The position numbers and the translations under genes were made by a program. From an uncultured Muribaculaceae bacterium (GTDB lineage: Bacteria; Bacillota_I; Bacilli_A; RF39; UBA660), in contig CAYTSB010000002.1 of assembly GCA_964440405.1 (NCBI GenBank), positions 1 to 38,383 on the forward strand: DNA of 38,383 nt, given 5' to 3'. Shown piece after piece: positions 33,629-38,383 of the stretch (positions within the stretch are counted from its first letter, which is position 1; each line of letters begins with the position of its first letter). A model generated the notes under the pieces. That model was not told the DNA's origin. It saw only the letters and a program-made list of their open reading frames with translations, and made no database searches.

Positions 33629-34243
33629 ATGAATATAACTAAAAAGCAAGATGAAGTATTAGATTATATTAAAAAATATATTGTAAAGAATGGCTATCCG
33701 CCATCAGTAAGAGAAATTGGTGCTGGTTTAGGCCTTAGTTCTCCTGCCACTGTCTTTACCCATCTTAAAAAGTTAGAAGAAGCCGGATGTATTAAAAAAG
33801 CTAATCAAAAATTTAGAACTATTGAAGTTTTAGTAGAAAATGAATATAAAACTGAAGATGCAGATTTAATTAAGGTTCCACTCCTAGGTAAAATCACAGC
33901 AGGCAATCCAATTGAAGCAATTGAAAGACCTAATGAATTCTTTTCACTACCTGCTTCTCTAGTTCCAAACAAAGAAACAATATTCACTTTAGAAGTAAGT
34001 GGTGAAAGTATGATTAATAAAGGTATCTATGATGGCGATATTGTTATTGTTCAAAAGCAAAAAAATGCCCGTAACGGCGACATCATTGTTGCCATGACTG
34101 AAGAAAATGAAGTTACTTTAAAAACATTCTATAAAGAACAAGATTATATTCGCTTACAACCTGAAAATGATACTATGAAGCCAATAATTTTACCCAATGT
34201 TCAAATACTAGGTAAAGCCATTGGTTTATATCGTAAATTATAA
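33629..34243 (+). CDS. lexA: LexA repressor
   Basis: N-terminal winged HTH (GYPPSVREIGAGLGLSSPATVFTHLKKLE), cleavage region ITAGNPIEA, S24 peptidase SGESM and the later Lys (VTLKTF). Confidence 0.95.
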   Translation: MNITKKQDEVLDYIKKYIVKNGYPPSVREIGAGLGLSSPATVFTHLKKLEEAGCIKKANQKFRTIEVLVENEYKTEDADLIKVPLLGKITAGNPIEAIERPNEFFSLPASLVPNKETIFTLEVSGESMINKGIYDGDIVIVQKQKNARNGDIIVAMTEENEVTLKTFYKEQDYIRLQPENDTMKPIILPNVQILGKAIGLYRKL

Positions 34244-34244
34244 T

Positions 34245-34269
34245 AAAGAAACTTTCGTTTCTTTTTTTA
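34245..34269 (+). terminator. intrinsic terminator after lexA
   Basis: AAGAAAC-TTTC-GTTTCTT followed by TTTTT. Confidence 0.7.
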
Positions 34270-34304
34270 TTGAATGAATACCGTAGTTATAATAAATTTC
34301 GGCA

Positions 34305-34327
34305 TAAAAAAACAAGCTTTCGCTTGC
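34305..34327 (-). terminator. intrinsic terminator after the rhomboid gene
   Basis: Minus strand CAAGC-GAAA-GCTTG followed by TTTTTTT. Confidence 0.6.
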
Positions 34328-34329
34328 CC

Positions 34330-35478
34330 TTAAAATCCAATAAATGCCATATAGGTTAAAAATGCCAAATAAATAATCAAAACTATAATTCCATTAATTT
34401 TTTCCAGCCTAGTTTCTTTGTTAGGAATACCTAGGGCCATGGCTGAGAGTATCCCACCAATAAGGCCACCAATATGAGCTGAATTATCAACTCCTGAAAG
34501 AATAAACCCTAATAGAAGATTTAAAACAATTAAAGGAATAATTTGATTTTTAAGCACACTTCCTAAATACATCCGATAATGATATCCAAAATATAATAAT
34601 CCTCCTAATAAACCAAATATTGCACCACTTGCTCCGGCAGCCACACTATCAGTAAAGATCATTGAAAGTAAACTACCACTTATAGCACTTATTAAATATA
34701 TTAATAAATATTTGGTTTTTCCTAATAATTTTTCAATTTGGGTACCAATAACGTTTAAAGCATACATGTTAAAAACCAAATGAATTATACCGACATGAAG
34801 AAATGCTGCTGTTATTAAACGATAAACTTCACCATTTCTAACAAGCGGTCCATACATTGCTCCAAAACTCAATAAAGTATTAACATCTTCACTGCCAACA
34901 CCAAAAATATACATTAAAACAAACATTAAAATATTAACACCAATTAAAACTGGAGTAACAATTACATTTTTAGGTTTAAATATTTCATCGTATTTCTCAT
35001 TTTCTTTGGCAGTTTTTTTATTAATATCCTTAGTTACATTAATAATTAAATCCATACCATCCTTAGCATTAAATATTTCTTCTCTAATTTTAGGGAATGT
35101 TTTCTTAACCACCTTGTTTCGAGTTAAATCTTCAATTTTTTCTATTTTTAAAGGTAAGATGTCTTTTTCTTCAGTTAAACTTACCTGATCATTAACATCT
35201 AACAAAATATTCATTGTTGACACTTTAAAAGAAAATGTTTTCTTCTTAATCTGTTTAACAATGCTTCTTGTTTTATATAAATCAAAATCAAATTGTTCAT
35301 TATTATGAATATAATTAGAATTAATTCTAATTATTCGATATGGACCATTTTCATTTTCTAACCATATCTCATCTTTAGCTCCCGCTACAACAATAGGACT
35401 ATAATTCTCTTTAGTAATAAAATAATGAACTAATTTCATGACTATTTCATCTTTTTTGTTTATTAATACTGTGCTCAT
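34330..35478 (-). CDS. rhomboid-family intramembrane serine protease (GluP/YqgP-like, with cytosolic N-terminal domain)
   Basis: HLVFNM, GASGAIFGLLGG (catalytic Ser) and AHIGGLIGG (catalytic His). The N-terminal DEIWLENENGPYRIIRI resembles the YqgP N-domain. ATG at 35478 behind AAGGAGAA. Confidence 0.85.
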   Translation of the reverse strand: MSTVLINKKDEIVMKLVHYFITKENYSPIVVAGAKDEIWLENENGPYRIIRINSNYIHNNEQFDFDLYKTRSIVKQIKKKTFSFKVSTMNILLDVNDQVSLTEEKDILPLKIEKIEDLTRNKVVKKTFPKIREEIFNAKDGMDLIINVTKDINKKTAKENEKYDEIFKPKNVIVTPVLIGVNILMFVLMYIFGVGSEDVNTLLSFGAMYGPLVRNGEVYRLITAAFLHVGIIHLVFNMYALNVIGTQIEKLLGKTKYLLIYLISAISGSLLSMIFTDSVAAGASGAIFGLLGGLLYFGYHYRMYLGSVLKNQIIPLIVLNLLLGFILSGVDNSAHIGGLIGGILSAMALGIPNKETRLEKINGIIVLIIYLAFLTYMAFIGF

Positions 35479-35540
35479 TTTTTCTCCTTTGTACTCTTTA
35501 ATTATAACCTTTTTCATATAATTAGTAAAGAGGTGTATAA

Positions 35541-35921
35541 ATGACTGTAATAATTTTTATAATAATTTTACTGCCTTGGATTATGCCCACTATTTTATTC
35601 CCCTTATTTAATATTATGGATATTATGGAGTTAATGATTGCAATTATTAATGCCACCATTTTAATAAGTTTAATTAAAAAAGATTATCTTAGTTTTAATT
35701 TAACTGTTTATTTTATAATTAATTTAATATTATTATTTAGTAATCGTTTGGATTTACTTTATATTAAAAATAATTATTTAACTGTAATCAACACTTTTAT
35801 TTTATTCATTTCCAGTTCATTTATTTATTTTAAATTAAAAAAGATAGATTGTAAATCGAGTAAATTATTCTTTTTCTATCTTTTATACATTGTCAGTTTT
35901 CTAATTTATCTAATTCATTAA
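35541..35921 (+). CDS. hypothetical polytopic membrane protein (126 aa)
   Basis: SD AGAGGTG is 6 nt before the ATG, and there are about 4 hydrophobic segments. It is very AT-rich and overlaps the rluD 3' end by 29 nt, so coding status is uncertain. Confidence 0.4.
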   Translation: MTVIIFIIILLPWIMPTILFPLFNIMDIMELMIAIINATILISLIKKDYLSFNLTVYFIINLILLFSNRLDLLYIKNNYLTVINTFILFISSSFIYFKLKKIDCKSSKLFFFYLLYIVSFLIYLIH

Positions 35922-36819
35922 TAAAACTCTGGAAAACATCTGGTAAAGAAACTTCAATTTTAATATTTTTTTGAGTTATCGGATGAATAAATGAAATCTT
36001 AGCTGAATGAAGGAATTGCCCAAAGTCATCAGCTGTTTTTTTATTGTAAACCGGATCATTGTAAACCGGATAGCCAATATATTTCGTGTGAACCCTGACC
36101 TGATGAGTTCGACCAGTATCCAAAATCAATGATACCAAAGTATAATTTTGATATTTTTTTATGACTTTCAAATGCGTAATTGCCTTTTTTGAATTATCTT
36201 TTTTGACGGTCATCACTTCCCTGTTAGTTTTATCTCTGCCAATTGGGGCATCGATTGTTGCTTCATTATGTGGGAATCTTCCAACTAAAAGAGCAATATA
36301 TTCTCTTTTAATTTCCTTATTCTTAAACATTTCACTTAATAGTTCATGAGTTTTATCAGTTTTAGCAATTAGCATTAAACCAGAAGTATCCTTATCTAAG
36401 CGATGAACTATCCCGGGACGAAGATCATTATTACTAAGACTCTTACCATGATAAATTAAAGCATTAACGAGAGTATTGTTTTTATTGCCACTGCCGGGAT
36501 GAACTACTAAACCACTTGGTTTGTTAATAACCATTAAATACTCATCTTCATAAATTATATCAATATTAAATTCCATCGGTTCTAAAACAATATCTTTAAC
36601 ATAGCCGTCTTTGATTAAAATAAGATCATTTTCTTTAACTTCATAACTACTTTTTTCTTTCTGACCATTAACCAAAATAAAATCAGCACTAATCATTTTA
36701 GCAACCAAAGATCTGCTTAAAAGAGTATTAAAAGCAATATATTTATCTAGCCTTATTTTTTGTTCTTCTTTTTTTACTACTAACTCCACTTTTTGAATCT
36801 TCTCCTTTGATAATTGCAA
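35893..36819 (-). CDS. rluD: RluA-family 23S rRNA pseudouridine synthase
   Basis: S4-like N-terminus (RLDKYIAFNTLLSRS), HRLDKDTSGLML catalytic Asp motif, and GRTHQVRVH. Start uncertain: TTG at 36819 (no SD), or GTG at 36789 with AAGGAG 12 nt upstream. Confidence 0.88.
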   Translation of the reverse strand: MQLSKEKIQKVELVVKKEEQKIRLDKYIAFNTLLSRSLVAKMISADFILVNGQKEKSSYEVKENDLILIKDGYVKDIVLEPMEFNIDIIYEDEYLMVINKPSGLVVHPGSGNKNNTLVNALIYHGKSLSNNDLRPGIVHRLDKDTSGLMLIAKTDKTHELLSEMFKNKEIKREYIALLVGRFPHNEATIDAPIGRDKTNREVMTVKKDNSKKAITHLKVIKKYQNYTLVSLILDTGRTHQVRVHTKYIGYPVYNDPVYNKKTADDFGQFLHSAKISFIHPITQKNIKIEVSLPDVFQSFINELDKLEN

Positions 36820-37243
36820 TTATTAATAGAAATGTACCAATAACAATTGATGTATCACTTAAATTAAATACTGGAAAATTATAATTAAAAATATTAAAAT
36901 CTAGAAAATCTCTAACATAACCAATAAACAAACGATCAACTAAATTACCAAGAATACCACCCAGCAATAATCCAAAAGCAATAGTGTTTCTTTTATTGTC
37001 TTTAAAATTATTTAAGAAATTATAAATAATTGCTAAAGCAATAACTGCTGCGATAATTAATAAAATTGTTTTATTTTTAAATATTCCCCAGGCTGCTCCA
37101 TAATTATGAACATTAGTTAAATAAAAATATCTATCAATTAATCTGATACTACTGTCCAGTTTAATCATTGAGTCAATAATACCTTTAGTCAGTTGATCTA
37201 ATAATAAAGTTATCGTTGATATTAAAATTATTTTCTTGTTCAT
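36743..37243 (-). CDS. lspA: lipoprotein signal peptidase II
   Basis: NYGAAWGIF, GGILGNLVDRL, GYVRDFLDF and FNLSDTSI motifs. Four TM helices. Confidence 0.9.
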   Translation of the reverse strand: MNKKIILISTITLLLDQLTKGIIDSMIKLDSSIRLIDRYFYLTNVHNYGAAWGIFKNKTILLIIAAVIALAIIYNFLNNFKDNKRNTIAFGLLLGGILGNLVDRLFIGYVRDFLDFNIFNYNFPVFNLSDTSIVIGTFLLIIAIIKGEDSKSGVSSKKRRTKNKAR

Positions 37244-37282
37244 AAAATCTCCTAATATAACAATTATACTACATAATAGCCT

Positions 37283-37510
37283 TTATAGGTCAACTAAAAT
37301 AACATCTTCACCTATTTTATTAATTTGATTAAATTGAATAGTAGCTTCCCCGCCAGATCTTAAAATATTTCTAATGAGTTGTCTTGGTTCAACAATTAAA
37401 TAAAGCACTTTGCCTTCATCAAGATTAATTTCAGCATCGATTATTCTACCCACTCTTTTGCCATCTTTAGTATTAATAATATCTTTGGATTGTAAATCAG
37501 AAAGACGCAT
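37283..37510 (-). CDS. ylmC: YlmC/YmxH-family sporulation protein (PRC barrel)
   Basis: MRLSDLQSKDIINTKDGKRVGRIIDAEINLDEGKV is the family pattern. Follows sigG as in Bacillus. ATG at 37510 behind AGGTGA. Confidence 0.78.
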   Translation of the reverse strand: MRLSDLQSKDIINTKDGKRVGRIIDAEINLDEGKVLYLIVEPRQLIRNILRSGGEATIQFNQINKIGEDVILVDL

Positions 37511-37525
37511 TTTTATCACCTAATA

Positions 37526-38302
37526 CTATTTTATTAGTTTTTTAACATTATTAATCGCATTTTTTTCAATTCTTGATACCTGAGCTTGACTAATATTTAA
37601 CATTTCGGCAATTTCCATTTGAGTTTTACCAATAATAAAACGATCAATCAAGACTTTTCTTTCTCTTTCTTTAATTCTTTTTAAAGCTTTTCTCAAAGAA
37701 ATAAGCATATCCTTATCCTTATTCAAGTCCTTAATATCAGCAAGTTGGTCAAGTAAATAAATAGTATCGCCACCATCATTATAAATTGGTTCATAGATAC
37801 TCATTGGTTCTCTTAAGCTATCTAACGCAACTGAAATATCATATTCAGTAATATTTAAATATTTGCAAATTACTTCACTACTAGGTTCAATCCCATTTTC
37901 TACAAAATACTTTTCTTTAAAATTGAGTATTTTATAAGCAGTATCTTTAATACTGCGACTTACTCTAACTGCACTGTTATCTCTAATATATCTTTTAATT
38001 TCACCTAAAATTAAAGGTACTGCATAAGTACTGAATCTTACCTCATGAGCCAGGTCAAAGTTATCAACCGCTTTAATTAAGCCAACACAGCCCATTTGAA
38101 ATAAATCATCCATATTATACTTCTCCCGATTAAACTTTCTTAAAATGCTTAAAACCAGTTTTAAATTGCCATTTACTAGCTCTTCTTTAGCATTTAAATC
38201 ACCGCTTTGATATTTTTTAAATAAAATAACCATCTCTTCATTTTTTAAAACTTTAATGTCATTAGTATTAATTCCCGTTATATCTACTTTATACTTTGCC
38301 AA
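37526..38302 (-). CDS. sigG: forespore RNA polymerase sigma factor SigG
   Basis: Matches B. subtilis SigG along its length: VLKNEEM..LF...QSGD..A.E.LVNGNL.LVLS, FDL...V.FSTYAVP.I.GEI.RY.RDN...RVSRS, EPIYNDGGD, GKTQMEIAE...ISQAQVSR.EK. TTG start 7 nt after AAAGGAG. Confidence 0.88.
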   Translation of the reverse strand: MAKYKVDITGINTNDIKVLKNEEMVILFKKYQSGDLNAKEELVNGNLKLVLSILRKFNREKYNMDDLFQMGCVGLIKAVDNFDLAHEVRFSTYAVPLILGEIKRYIRDNSAVRVSRSIKDTAYKILNFKEKYFVENGIEPSSEVICKYLNITEYDISVALDSLREPMSIYEPIYNDGGDTIYLLDQLADIKDLNKDKDMLISLRKALKRIKERERKVLIDRFIIGKTQMEIAEMLNISQAQVSRIEKNAINNVKKLIK

Positions 38303-38309
38303 TATAAAA

Positions 38310-38341
38310 CTCCTTTCTTCTCTATTTTGAGAAGAAAAGAG
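38310..38341 (-). promoter_or_regulatory. 13-bp hairpin sequestering the sigG ribosome-binding site
   Basis: Minus strand CTCTTTTCTTCTC-AAAATA-GAGAAGAAAGGAG (one G.U). The 3' arm contains the SD. Confidence 0.5.
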
Positions 38342-38353
38342 TTTATTTATTCA
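38323..38353 (-). promoter_or_regulatory. forespore (sigma-F / sigma-G type) promoter candidate for sigG
   Basis: Minus strand TGAATA - 18 nt - CAAAATA. The -10 sits in the hairpin loop. Confidence 0.4.
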
Positions 38354-38383
38354 AGATGTTGTTTTCTACGATGCTATTATCCA
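38343..38383 (-). CDS. 3' end (13 codons) of an upstream gene running off the window
   Basis: Open frame ...DNSIVENNILNK* ending at TAA 38343-38345. By Bacillus synteny sigE would be expected here, but 13 codons cannot confirm it. Confidence 0.25.
   Translation of the reverse strand, partial: DNSIVENNILNK

Noticed and set aside
33805-33987. 60-aa minus-strand ORF
   Set aside because: It is antisense inside lexA.
35006-36349. Plus-strand ORFs 35006..35188 and 36161..36349
   Set aside because: They are antisense inside the rhomboid protease gene and rluD respectively.
36743-36819. 77-nt out-of-frame overlap between lspA and rluD as a possible unusual coupling or frameshift
   Set aside because: It is most likely a start-codon artefact. 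The ORF-track start is a TTG with no SD, while a GTG at 36789 has AAGGAG upstream. Some overlap remains either way, but nothing suggests recoding.
1-38383. Mollicutes-type genetic code (UGA = Trp), considered because of the extreme AT content
   Set aside because: All conserved genes are full length under the standard code, Trp positions use TGG, and no conserved protein needs read-through of TGA.

Overview
Very AT-rich (by eye well under 30% GC) chromosomal segment from an endospore-forming Firmicute. Gene order resembles Bacillus / Erysipelotrichia, the genetic code is standard, and most genes are on the minus strand.

Content, left to right:
- RhuM-family gene at the window edge
- lepB, rplS
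- three unplaced genes (580 aa, DUF1292-like, 145 aa)
- trmD, rimM, a TrmH-family methyltransferase, a YgjP-like metallopeptidase
- an orphan 179-aa gene
- suf operon (sufC, short SufB/D-like protein, sufS, sufU) with no sufB
- NatAB-like ABC exporter
- plus-strand sporulation block (spoIIIAH-like, gerE, gerM-like) followed by tRNA-Arg(TCT)
- MBL hydrolase, efp, rpmG (too short for the ORF track), a class B PBP, yqfT-like gene, nfo
- a frameshifted small gene, ylbE/ylbD-like genes, an orphan prepilin-type gene
- parC, parE, a Pro-rich membrane protein, an HD-GYP protein, two small unknown genes
- a 935-aa Listeria-Bacteroides-repeat surface protein and a second signal peptidase I
- yneF, a sirA-like gene, a small LexA-controlled membrane protein divergent from lexA
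- rhomboid protease, rluD, lspA, ylmC, sigG

No CRISPR array, transposase, integrase or rRNA was seen. Many promoters are near-consensus with TGn-extended -10 elements, and many terminators overlap stop codons.

Nothing stands out as a clear new multi-gene system. The most interesting items are:
- the SOS-controlled 53-aa membrane protein
- the suf operon that lacks sufB and has a half-size SufB/D protein
- the strongly promoted orphan pilin next to a decayed relative
- the unplaced gene trio between trmD and rplS
- the sigG ribosome-binding-site hairpin
- the synteny break at the left edge

All family calls come from reading the translations. No searches were run.
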